Assembly (NCBI GenBank): GCA_938028625.1
Contig: CALIZB010000035.1
Coordinates: 1-62,115, forward strand
Direction of reading: 5' to 3'
Origin: an uncultured Bacteroidia bacterium
Lineage (GTDB): Bacteria > Bacteroidota > Bacteroidia > JANWVE01
Length of the DNA stretch: 62,115 nt
Shown one piece after another: positions 28,749 through 38,149 of the stretch; positions within the stretch are counted from its first letter, which is position 1, and each line of letters opens with the position of its first letter. Position numbers and translations under genes: made by a program. The notes beneath the pieces are model-generated. The model ran no database searches and was not told the origin of the DNA. It was given only the letters and a program-made list of their open reading frames with translations.

Positions 28749-29873
28749 TTACTGATATAAAATCCAGAGGTCTGATTTCCCTGTTTTAGATTTGAATTCT
28801 GCTAAACTATTTAAGGCATCTTGTTCTTTATCCGATTGGTGTATATACAAGCGATACTTGTTTCCTTGATGAGAAGTAGTAATGTGTGCATCAAAACCTT
28901 TACTTCGCCATGTATTAAGATGTTGGTTAGCTATGTCTGGATTGATAAAAGAAGCAACAATAATGTAATACGAACCTGTATTGCCTGTGGCTTCATTAAC
29001 AATGCTTGAATTGGTAGGAGCGTTGCTGGTTGTTGTATTGTTATGTACTTCTTCCTGCACTTTTGTATTGTTTTCATGCTGTAAAGTATCTTTATGCGTC
29101 TGGTGCTGTACAGAGTCTTGATGAGTTGTGTTGTTTTTAGATTTGAGCGAATCATGTTTTTTATGGTATACATGCAAAGCGTCCAGAGATGGAAAGAAAT
29201 AACTTAATCCAAATACAAGAATAATAAAAAGGGATATAAGGCCTGTACTTATACCAATAATAAGCATTTTTTTAGAAGATTTTTTTTCAGTTTTCTCTTG
29301 TTCTTCTTTTTTTTCAATAACTTCGAGGCTTTTTTTGAGTTCCTGTGCGGTGATTTTGGCTACTGTATTAGAATTTTTACTGAAATTACTGCCGACTTTA
29401 TGTATCTCTTCTTTTGGGGTTTCGTTTTTTTCTGAACCTGTGAGTGTACTGCGAGAAACAGGAAGGAAATGGGCTTCTCCCAAGCCGTAGTAAAAAGGAC
29501 TGTCTGCAAAGGCATCGGGGTTTTGCTGAAAAGTAATTTGTTTAGTGTTTTTGTTATACAAAAATCTGCCGAGTTTGTCTAAGGGATATTCATTTTTGCT
29601 TTCCAGCACGGCTTTGAGTTGCGTTACAAACTGCTGTATTTTTAATTCTGCTTCTTTTTGGGTAAGGTTCTGTGTTACAGAAATGTATTTTATAAAGGCA
29701 TCACTGTTTGAAACTTCGGGGCTAAATTCAATGTATGCAGTAGGAGGTACAAAGACCTTGTCTGCCACGTCCGCCTTAGCAGACTTGTGCTTGCGTTCCA
29801 ATGTACCTATCCCTTCAAAAGACACTTTTTTGAATTCATAAAAATATTCGGCTATGAGTTTGGGTGGAATCAT
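28749..29873 (-). CDS. HU-like (CCDC81-type) N-terminal domains, TM helix and SPOR domain protein
   Basis: VSFEGIGTL...PPT and LGRF repeats, one TM, C-terminal YYIIVASF...W SPOR. Confidence 0.8.
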   Translation of the reverse strand: MIPPKLIAEYFYEFKKVSFEGIGTLERKHKSAKADVADKVFVPPTAYIEFSPEVSNSDAFIKYISVTQNLTQKEAELKIQQFVTQLKAVLESKNEYPLDKLGRFLYNKNTKQITFQQNPDAFADSPFYYGLGEAHFLPVSRSTLTGSEKNETPKEEIHKVGSNFSKNSNTVAKITAQELKKSLEVIEKKEEQEKTEKKSSKKMLIIGISTGLISLFIILVFGLSYFFPSLDALHVYHKKHDSLKSKNNTTHQDSVQHQTHKDTLQHENNTKVQEEVHNNTTTSNAPTNSSIVNEATGNTGSYYIIVASFINPDIANQHLNTWRSKGFDAHITTSHQGNKYRLYIHQSDKEQDALNSLAEFKSKTGKSDLWILYQ

Positions 29874-29979
29874 AGGTCAAAGATAATAGACAAAGAGCAT
29901 AGAAACAAAATTATTTCTACATTATTGATTATCAAAAGCATGCATAAATATACTATGGCATCAGAATTGACAGTAAAAA

Positions 29980-31545
29980 CTATTTGGTATCTAAAGTAAT
30001 AACAGGGATAATCATCTCTTCCATAGAAATACCACCATGTTGAAAAGTATCTCTGTAATAATTTACGTAGTAATTATAGTTGTTAGGATAAGCAAAGAAG
30101 TAATTTTCTTTGGCAAAAACATACGTAGAAGTTACGTTGGTTTTTGGGAGTTTTGCTTCTGTAGGGTTTTTAACCGTGAATACATGTCTTGAGTCTTCAT
30201 AATTAAGGTTTTTTCCGTGTTTATAGCGTAAATTAGTAGTAGTATCTCTATCGCCTATGATGCGAGTAGGTTTGGTAACCATGATACTACCATGGTCTGT
30301 GGTAAGAATGATGCGTACTTTTTGGTGAGAAAGTTCTTTGAATATATCCAAAAGAGGAGAGTGTTCAAACCAGGATTTGGTAAGACTTCTATAAGCGGCT
30401 TCGTCGCGGGCGAGTTCGCGTATCATGTTCATTTCTGCACGGCTATGGGAGAGGATATCAATAAAATTATACACAATCACGTTCAGTTTATTTTGATACA
30501 AGTCTTTGAGGTTATCTAATACATCTTTACCATGTTGATAATTGATAACTTTCTTATAGGCAAATTTAGTATTGATTTTATGTTGTTTTAGTTGATGTGT
30601 AAGCAGTTCTGCTTCATGGAGGTTTTTTCCTTCTTCTTCGTCATCATCTACCCAATAATTTGGGAATTTTTGGGCAATTTCAGAGGGGAACATACCTGCA
30701 AAAATAGCATTTCTGCAATATCCTGTGGCTGTGGGAAGAATAGAATAATAAGTACTCTCTTCACTTACCGTAAAATATTCCTCAATAATGGGCTGTAAGG
30801 TTTTCCACTGGTCATAGCGCATACAATCTACAAGGACAAAAAACACGGATTCTATACTATTGTCATCCAAATGGGAAAACACTTTCTCTTTCATAACAAA
30901 AGGCGAGAGCAACGGCGTATCTTCGTCATTAAGGTTTTTTAACCACAGTAAATAATTGTCTTCTACAAAATCACTAAAATTGACATTAGCTTCATTTTTT
31001 TGAGTATTGAGAACTTCTATCATGCCGTTATCTTTACTATTGGCTAATTCTGTATCCCAAAAAACAATGCGCTTATAAACTTCTGCCCACTGGTCAGCAT
31101 TAAGATTGTATGACATAACATCATTAAGCAGTCTAAAATCTTGCTGATAGCGTTCCATAGCCGCTTGTGACTCTAATTTTTTGTTATCTAATATCTTTTT
31201 GCAAGCAGAGAGAATCTGCATAGGATTTACTGGCTTGATAAGATAGTCTGCAATTTTGTTTCCAATAGCACTTTCCATAATGCGTTCCTCTTCACTTTTG
31301 GTAATCATGACTACGGGCAGATTAGGTTTGAATAGTTTTATTTTGGATAAAGCCTCTAATCCTGTAATACCCGGCATGTTTTCATCTAGAAATATAATAT
31401 CAAAATTTTGATTTTTAATGCTTTCAATAGCATCATAGCCACTGTCTACCGCAGTAACTTCGTACCCTTTTTGAGATAAAAAAATGATGTGGGGCTTTAA
31501 TAAATCAATTTCATCATCTGCCCACAAAATATTCACTTTCTGCAT
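29980..31545 (-). CDS. porX: PorX response regulator (receiver plus PglZ/alkaline-phosphatase domain)
   Basis: ILWADDEIDLLKPH, FLDENMPG, SILPTAT, TTDHG and FQHGGISMEE. Start moved to ATG 31545. Confidence 0.93.
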   Translation of the reverse strand: MQKVNILWADDEIDLLKPHIIFLSQKGYEVTAVDSGYDAIESIKNQNFDIIFLDENMPGITGLEALSKIKLFKPNLPVVMITKSEEERIMESAIGNKIADYLIKPVNPMQILSACKKILDNKKLESQAAMERYQQDFRLLNDVMSYNLNADQWAEVYKRIVFWDTELANSKDNGMIEVLNTQKNEANVNFSDFVEDNYLLWLKNLNDEDTPLLSPFVMKEKVFSHLDDNSIESVFFVLVDCMRYDQWKTLQPIIEEYFTVSEESTYYSILPTATGYCRNAIFAGMFPSEIAQKFPNYWVDDDEEEGKNLHEAELLTHQLKQHKINTKFAYKKVINYQHGKDVLDNLKDLYQNKLNVIVYNFIDILSHSRAEMNMIRELARDEAAYRSLTKSWFEHSPLLDIFKELSHQKVRIILTTDHGSIMVTKPTRIIGDRDTTTNLRYKHGKNLNYEDSRHVFTVKNPTEAKLPKTNVTSTYVFAKENYFFAYPNNYNYYVNYYRDTFQHGGISMEEMIIPVITLDTK

Positions 31546-31631
31546 AATGCAAAAGTACATAAAAAGACTTGAATACAAATATACACTTTTTTATCCTCTT
31601 GCTAAAATGGTTTAACCGTTTCAAAAAATCA

Positions 31632-31650
31632 ATTTAGATTTTGTCTAAAT
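31632..31650. promoter_or_regulatory. Perfect 7-5-7 inverted repeat overlapping the -33 box of the TonB receptor promoter, a likely metal/iron repressor site
   Basis: ATTTAGA-TTTTG-TCTAAAT. The -7 box TATTTTTG lies at 31664-31671. Confidence 0.65.
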
Positions 31651-31680
31651 AAATATAAACATGTATTTTTGCAAGCAGAT

Positions 31681-34116
31681 ATGTATTCTTGTCGTTGGTT
31701 TTGGATAATTACATGGATTTTCTTATATTTTACACAAGGATTTTGTCAGAAATTTACCTTGTCAGGAAAGATTAGCATAGCAAAAAATGAGATAAAAAAC
31801 AACTCAGAAGTAATAGAACAAGGTTTTGTAGTACTTAAAGGAAGTACTATTCAAACCCAAGCAGATGCTCAGGGAAATTATGTACTTAAAAATATACCCA
31901 AAGGGCGTTATGTAGTAGTCGCTTTTGCATTAGGAAAAAGTATTGAAGAAAAAGAAATATACCTTCAAAAAGACACCGTGCTTAATTTTACTTTACAAAA
32001 TCTTGAAGAGCAGTATAATGCAGTAGTTATTCAGGCAGAACGAGAAAAAACGTTCGGACTACAAAGAATGAAAAGCATAGAAAATTTTGGTATTTATGAA
32101 GGAAAAAAAACCGAAGTTATTCTGCTTGATGATATTTATGCAAATTTATCCACGAATAATCCACGTCAAGTATACGCGCGTATTACAGGATTAAACGTAT
32201 GGGAAAGCGACCAATCAGGGCTACAATTAGGTATAGGCGGAAGGGGATTAAGTCCTAACCGAACCGCAAATTTTAATGTACGTCAGAACGGATACGATAT
32301 TTCTGCTGATGCACTTGGATATCCCGAAGCCTACTATACTCCTCCTACGGAAGCCTTAGAACGCATAGAAATTATACGTGGTGCGGCATCTTTGCAGTAT
32401 GGTACACAATTTGGAGGCATGCTTAATTTTCGGTTCAAATCTCCTGAAACAGAGAAAAAAATACGCTTCACTTCACGACAGTCTACAGGTTCATGGGGAT
32501 TTTTCAGTAGTTTTAATAGTATTTCAGGTACAGTAAAAAAATTCAGCTATTATACCTATTATCAGCTCAGGCGTGCAGACGGCTACAGACCTAATTCTAA
32601 ATTTTATTCTCATAACTTTTTTACCTCACTCAATTATGAAATATCTTCACGCATTTCTATAAATGCAGAGTTTACCAAAATGAATTATCTTGCCCAACAA
32701 CCAGGCGGACTAACAGATAAGGCTTTTCAAAATAATCCGCGTCAATCTTTTCGTGAACGCAACTGGTTTAATATAGACTGGAATCTCGCCGCTGTGAATC
32801 TTACTTACAAAATATCAGAACATACTCAACTCAATATGCGAAATTTTGGTCTACTCGCACACAGAAAAGCCGTAGGAAATTTAGAACGCATCAATGTAGT
32901 GGATTTTGGCAAAGAAAGAACACTTATTGAAGGCGTATTTCAAAATATTGGTAATGAAACAAGATTACTACATGACTACAAAATTAAAAGCCAAAAACAT
33001 GCGTTTTTAGCAGGTATGCGTTTGTATTCTGGTAAAACTACGGCAAGGCAGGGTTTGGGTTCAGCAGGTAAAGATGCCAATTTTACTTATCTTAATCCTC
33101 AAAATTTAGAAGATTCTGACTATGATTTTCCAAGTAAAAACATAGCTTTTTTTACAGAGAACATATTTAACATTACTTCAAAATTCAGCATTACACCAGG
33201 AATACGCTGGGAATATATTCATACACAGGCAAATGGTTACTACAAACAATATGTAAAAGATGGTGCAGGAAATATCCTTGTGGAGAAAAAAATATATGAA
33301 AGTACAGTAAGAATGCGTAGTTTTCTATTGGCAGGAATGGGATTAAGCTACAAGGTTAAACCTATAGCAGAACTGTATGCAAATATATCCCAAAACTATC
33401 GTGCTATCAATTTTTCAGACTTACGAATTAATAATCCCAATTTGCGCATAGACCCAAATATCCGTGATGAGAAAGGATACACAGCAGATTTAGGCATACG
33501 CGGAAGCAAAAACGGCTTTTTTTCGTATGAACTAACTTTATTTTATCTGTATTACAACGGTAAAATTGGACAGGTTTTACGCACTGATACTATTCTTTTT
33601 AATGACTATCGTTTTCGCACTAATGTATCTGATGCTGTAAACAAAGGAATAGAAGCCTTTGCAGAACTGAATATACTACGTCTTTTCAATGTACACTCAT
33701 GGCAGTACAATATATTTACTAACATATCTTGGATTGATGCACGTTATACAGGCACACAAGACAACAGTATCCGAAACAAAAAAGTAGAAATGGTGCCTCC
33801 TATGGTAGTACGTGTAGGTAATACTGTACGATATAAAAAATTAGGGGGAACAATTCAATATGCTTATACCGCAGAACACTTTTCTGATGCTACTAATGCT
33901 ATTCGCACTGCTACTGCTGTGGAAGGCATTATACCTGCATACAGCATTACAGATATTTCTGTATATTATCAGTGGAAATTTTTGCGTATAGAAGCAAGTG
34001 TGAATAATCTATTTAATGTTTCTTACTTTACACGCAGGGCAGAATCGTACCCTGGACCAGGCATTATCCCCGCTGATGGAAGAGCTTTCTACACTACGGT
34101 ACAGGTAGTATTTTAG
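31681..34116 (+). CDS. TonB-dependent receptor (FecA-like)
   Basis: CarboxypepD-like N-terminal domain, plug ERIEIIRGAASLQYG, NNLFN..YF and terminal Phe. Confidence 0.92.
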   Translation: MYSCRWFWIITWIFLYFTQGFCQKFTLSGKISIAKNEIKNNSEVIEQGFVVLKGSTIQTQADAQGNYVLKNIPKGRYVVVAFALGKSIEEKEIYLQKDTVLNFTLQNLEEQYNAVVIQAEREKTFGLQRMKSIENFGIYEGKKTEVILLDDIYANLSTNNPRQVYARITGLNVWESDQSGLQLGIGGRGLSPNRTANFNVRQNGYDISADALGYPEAYYTPPTEALERIEIIRGAASLQYGTQFGGMLNFRFKSPETEKKIRFTSRQSTGSWGFFSSFNSISGTVKKFSYYTYYQLRRADGYRPNSKFYSHNFFTSLNYEISSRISINAEFTKMNYLAQQPGGLTDKAFQNNPRQSFRERNWFNIDWNLAAVNLTYKISEHTQLNMRNFGLLAHRKAVGNLERINVVDFGKERTLIEGVFQNIGNETRLLHDYKIKSQKHAFLAGMRLYSGKTTARQGLGSAGKDANFTYLNPQNLEDSDYDFPSKNIAFFTENIFNITSKFSITPGIRWEYIHTQANGYYKQYVKDGAGNILVEKKIYESTVRMRSFLLAGMGLSYKVKPIAELYANISQNYRAINFSDLRINNPNLRIDPNIRDEKGYTADLGIRGSKNGFFSYELTLFYLYYNGKIGQVLRTDTILFNDYRFRTNVSDAVNKGIEAFAELNILRLFNVHSWQYNIFTNISWIDARYTGTQDNSIRNKKVEMVPPMVVRVGNTVRYKKLGGTIQYAYTAEHFSDATNAIRTATAVEGIIPAYSITDISVYYQWKFLRIEASVNNLFNVSYFTRRAESYPGPGIIPADGRAFYTTVQVVF

Positions 34117-34143
34117 TTTTTTTGGTCATGGTATTTATAGATT

Positions 34144-34273
34144 GTGTCCTTGCACAGCGTTTCGCTTGCACTCATGCGTGCAAGGTCGGCGTGCTACGGG
34201 CTACAAAACATAATGGTGATTGAGTAGCGATGGCGTACCGAAATCACGCACACCCTCCGCATGCCTCACGCAA
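34144..34273 (-). repeat. Dispersed structured GC-rich intergenic repeat, copy 3 (central arm replaced)
   Basis: Reverse complement TTGCGTGAGGCATGCGGAGGG...GTAGCCCGTAGCACGCCGACCTTGCACGCATGAG...AGCGAAACGCTGTGCAAGGACAC. Confidence 0.92.
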
Positions 34274-34304
34274 TCCCTAAGTCCTTGAAAAATAAATATC
34301 AGGG

Positions 34305-34877
34305 TCAAAACTGTTCAAAAAACTCTACTAACTTTTTAATTGCCTTCCCACGATGACTGATTTTGTTTTTCTCATCTAATGTCATTTGTGCGTATGTTTT
34401 ATCGTACCCGTCAGGAATAAAAATAGGGTCATAGCCAAAACCTTGTTCTCCAATAGGCTCTTTTGTAATTATTCCGTAAGTAATTCCTTCAAAATACCGA
34501 AAACTATTCTCATCATAATAGACCATTACCGTTTTGAACCTTGCTTTTCGGTTAGTTTCATTTTGCATCTCTTGCAATACTTTTTCTATATTTTTCTGAT
34601 TGTCGCGTGAACCCGAATAATAAGCAGAATGCACACCAGGTCTATTATTTAAAGCGGTAATTTCTAACCCAGAATCATCAGCAATGCAAGGTATCCCGCA
34701 GAGATTAAAAATGCTTTTGGCTTTTAATAAAGCGTTCTGAACAAAAGTTTCTGCTGTTTCAGGAATATCTACATCAAGCCCCACTTCTTTCAGGGTAAGC
34801 AGTTCAATTTTAGACAACAAAGGTTTTATCTCCTCAATTTTATGTAGGTTGTTGGTAGCCAATACCACTTTCAGCAT
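34305..34877 (-). CDS. rdgB: Non-canonical purine NTP pyrophosphatase (RdgB/HAM1)
   Basis: ATNNLHK, ADDSGL, GFGYDPIF and KNKISHRG. Confidence 0.95.
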   Translation of the reverse strand: MLKVVLATNNLHKIEEIKPLLSKIELLTLKEVGLDVDIPETAETFVQNALLKAKSIFNLCGIPCIADDSGLEITALNNRPGVHSAYYSGSRDNQKNIEKVLQEMQNETNRKARFKTVMVYYDENSFRYFEGITYGIITKEPIGEQGFGYDPIFIPDGYDKTYAQMTLDEKNKISHRGKAIKKLVEFFEQF

Positions 34878-35060
34878 GTACAAAAATACAATTTTTTTAC
34901 TTATTTAAAGTCTCATACCTTATTCTCAAAATTTATCTTTATGCTTTATATGGATTAACTTTCTATGAAAATTATCGCTTATATTTTAAAGGAGAAAATT
35001 TATTTTCAATTCTGTAATAAAAAATACATATATTTGTATGTCTAAAATTTATTTTCAATT

Positions 35061-35480
35061 ATGATACAACAAATTCTAGAACAGGTAAAACAACAACTGC
35101 AAAATAATCCTAATCTCAATCAGGAGCAAATTCAGCAGATTCTCAATGTTACACAAAGTTCTTTAATGCAAAATATGCAGCAAGCAATGAAAATGGGAGA
35201 TATTAACAATCTTATGAACCTGTTTAATAATCAGGCTTCGGATACAGAAAAAAATAGTTTTCAACAAAACTTGATGCAAACCCTCATGCAAAATATGCAA
35301 AACAGTATGAACATGGGTCAGAATAGTCAAAACATTGTCAATACCATAGTAAATCAAACGGTAAATAGTTTTACCAGTAGTGAAACAGGTACAGCAGAAA
35401 ACGTTACAGATTTTATGAACAAATTCAACTTTGGCGGAGATAACTCTAATATTCAGGATATATTCAATAAGCTGTTTTAG
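35061..35480 (+). CDS. Small Q/N/M-rich hypothetical protein
   Basis: 139-aa ORF with an upstream TATATTTG -7 box and strongly biased composition. Confidence 0.7.
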   Translation: MIQQILEQVKQQLQNNPNLNQEQIQQILNVTQSSLMQNMQQAMKMGDINNLMNLFNNQASDTEKNSFQQNLMQTLMQNMQNSMNMGQNSQNIVNTIVNQTVNSFTSSETGTAENVTDFMNKFNFGGDNSNIQDIFNKLF

Positions 35481-35551
35481 TCATAAATTCAGTGTAAAAT
35501 TTTTATATTTTGCAGTATAACGTATACTTTATTGTATCTTTGCCTGTCAAT

Positions 35552-35878
35552 ATGAATACATTAGCACTTTCTACTTTGATATTTGCTGTTTTTATGCTTG
35601 CAGGCGGGTATCTCGGATATGTACAGGCACGTAGTAAAGCGTCCCTAATTGCAGGTTCTGCCTTTGCGGCTTTATTGGCTTTGGCCACTTTTCTTATTGC
35701 TAGTGAAGATAAAAGCACTTCGCATTATGGGGTTATATTAGCCACTATTTTAAGTGTTGTTAATCTTGTTTTTGGGCTGATGCGATACTTCAAAACACGC
35801 AAGGTTATGCCCGCAGGAATTATTGCTATTATGAGTTTTTCCTTACTCATACTTTGTGTATTAGAATTAACTCGTTAG
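35552..35878 (+). CDS. TMEM14-family small membrane protein
   Basis: GGYLGYVQARSKASLIAG and RYFKTRKVMPAG signatures. Start moved to ATG 35552. Confidence 0.85.
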   Translation: MNTLALSTLIFAVFMLAGGYLGYVQARSKASLIAGSAFAALLALATFLIASEDKSTSHYGVILATILSVVNLVFGLMRYFKTRKVMPAGIIAIMSFSLLILCVLELTR

Positions 35879-35904
35879 TTTTGTGCCGTTTTTAATTACC
35901 TTGC

Positions 35905-36840
35905 ATGAAAGACAAAAAACTTTCAGTGGTTATTCCTATATTTAATGAAGAGCCTAATATTGAACTTTTATACCAACGCTTACGTCAGGTATTGGAAAAT
36001 ATAGCGTATTCATGGGATTTAATTTTTGTTAATGATGGTAGTAGAGATAATTCAGGAAATATTGTAAAACAACTGCGAGAAAAAGATAAGCGTGTAAAAT
36101 ATATTGAATTTGCACGGAATTTTGGGCATCAAATCGCGGTTACAGCAGGGGTAAATCATGCTTCGGGAGATATGGTAGTTATTATTGACGCAGATTTACA
36201 AGACCCCCCCGAACTCATTCTTGACATGGTACAAAAATGGGAAGAAGGATACGAAGTAGTATATGCTAAACGTAAAAAGCGTAAAGGAGAAACATGGTTC
36301 AAGCTATGGACAGCACGTGTATTTTATCGTTTGTTGAGAAAAATAACCAGTTTTGATATTCCATTAGATACAGGTGATTTTCGTTTAATGGATAAAAAAG
36401 TAGCAGACAACTTGCGTAATATGCCTGAACGTAGCCGTTTTATCAGGGGTATGGTAGCATGGTCAGGATTTAGAACTATTGGCATTGAATATGAAAGAGA
36501 TGAACGCCACGCGGGAGAAACTAAATACCCATTCAAAAAAATGCTGCGCTTTGCTATAGACGGTATCACTTCATTTTCTTACTTCCCATTACAATTAGCA
36601 TCTTATCTGGGAATTTTTTTCTCTGTTATCAGTTTTATTGCTATAACTGTGGTATTGTATTTACACTTTTTTACCAACAAAACTATTCATGGCTGGACTT
36701 CCACTATTCTTGCGGTATTATTCATTGGAGGAATACAACTTTTTACTTTGGGAATTATCGGGGAATATCTTGCACGTATAGGTACAGATGTAAAACAACG
36801 CCCTATTTATGTAATCCGTGAAAAAGAATTAGACGATTAA
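35905..36840 (+). CDS. GT2 polyprenol-phosphate glycosyltransferase (GtrB/ArnC-like)
   Basis: VNDGS, RNFGHQ, DADLQDPP, DTGDFRL and two C-terminal TMs. Confidence 0.92.
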   Translation: MKDKKLSVVIPIFNEEPNIELLYQRLRQVLENIAYSWDLIFVNDGSRDNSGNIVKQLREKDKRVKYIEFARNFGHQIAVTAGVNHASGDMVVIIDADLQDPPELILDMVQKWEEGYEVVYAKRKKRKGETWFKLWTARVFYRLLRKITSFDIPLDTGDFRLMDKKVADNLRNMPERSRFIRGMVAWSGFRTIGIEYERDERHAGETKYPFKKMLRFAIDGITSFSYFPLQLASYLGIFFSVISFIAITVVLYLHFFTNKTIHGWTSTILAVLFIGGIQLFTLGIIGEYLARIGTDVKQRPIYVIREKELDD

Positions 36841-36844
36841 ATAT

Positions 36845-38107
36845 ATGATAGTTACCATTTTAGTTATTTTTATCGTGGGATATGCTTTGATTTCCGTAGA
36901 GCATGCTGTAAGTATCAATAAAACCGCTACGGCGCTCATCATGGCAGGTATATGCTGGATATGCTATAATGTGTATGTAGGAGATATACATGCTGTAATA
37001 CCCAAATTAAGTCATCATTTATCTGATATTGCAGAGATTATGCTCTTTTTAGTAGGGGCTATGACTATCGTAGAACTCATAGACTCTCATAACGGATTTC
37101 AATTTATTGTAGACCAGCTGCACATAAAAAGTAAACGAAAACTCTTATGGGTAGTGGCTTTTATTTCTTTTTTTCTCTCTGCTATTTTGGATAATCTTAC
37201 TTCTTCTATTGTGATGGTGTCTTTACTTCGTAAATTTATTGGTAAAGCGGAAGATAGAAAGTTTTTTGCAGGTATTATTATAATTGCCGCTAATGCAGGA
37301 GGTGCATTTAGCCCCATTGGAGATGTTACAACTACTATGCTTTGGGTAACGCAAAGAATATCTACAACGGAGGTTATTTTTCGTTTATTTCTACCCAGTC
37401 TAACCTGTCTTTTAGTACCTTTAACGTGGTTACATTTCAGGATAAAAGGAGAAATTACTCCACCTGAACAGAATATATTAGAAGAAGAAAAGAAAATAAA
37501 AGGCAGTCTACTGATGCTCATTCTTGGAACAGGTATTTTATTAGCTGTACCTACTTTTAAGACCATTACGCATCTGCCGCCGTATTTAGGTATGTTATTA
37601 GGTTTAGGCTTGATATGGTTAGTAGCCGATGTTATACACAAACACGAAGAACAAGAAGATATACAAAAACTCTCTGCTAATTATGCACTTACTCGTATAG
37701 ATGTACCCAGTATATTATTCTTTTTTGGTATTTTGGCAAGCGTAGCTGTTTTAGAAGAGGTTCATATTTTATCTCAATTTGCAGAAAAACTCAATACTGT
37801 TATTCCCTCTGAAAAGGGAGTTGCTTTGATATTAGGTATAGTTTCGTCCATAGTAGATAACGTGCCTTTGGTAGCCGCATCTATGGGCATGTATTCTATG
37901 CAAACCTACCCTATGGATTCAAGTTTCTGGCATTTGATTGCGTATTGTGCAGGTACAGGAGGAAGCCTTCTTGTTATAGGTTCTGCCGCAGGAGTAACCG
38001 TTATGGGCATGGAAAAAATTACTTTTTCTTGGTACCTCAAAAACATGTCAGGACTAGCGCTAATGGGATATTTAGCAGGTATTTTAGTGTATATTCTCTT
38101 ATTTTAA
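36845..38107 (+). CDS. nhaD: NhaD-type Na+/H+ antiporter
   Basis: LDNLTS, ANAGGAFSPIGDVTT, VDNVPL and AGTGGS..IGSAAG. Confidence 0.9.
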   Translation: MIVTILVIFIVGYALISVEHAVSINKTATALIMAGICWICYNVYVGDIHAVIPKLSHHLSDIAEIMLFLVGAMTIVELIDSHNGFQFIVDQLHIKSKRKLLWVVAFISFFLSAILDNLTSSIVMVSLLRKFIGKAEDRKFFAGIIIIAANAGGAFSPIGDVTTTMLWVTQRISTTEVIFRLFLPSLTCLLVPLTWLHFRIKGEITPPEQNILEEEKKIKGSLLMLILGTGILLAVPTFKTITHLPPYLGMLLGLGLIWLVADVIHKHEEQEDIQKLSANYALTRIDVPSILFFFGILASVAVLEEVHILSQFAEKLNTVIPSEKGVALILGIVSSIVDNVPLVAASMGMYSMQTYPMDSSFWHLIAYCAGTGGSLLVIGSAAGVTVMGMEKITFSWYLKNMSGLALMGYLAGILVYILLF

Positions 38108-38149
38108 TACCATTCGGAAAACTTACTTTAATTTTTTTGTTCCTATAAC

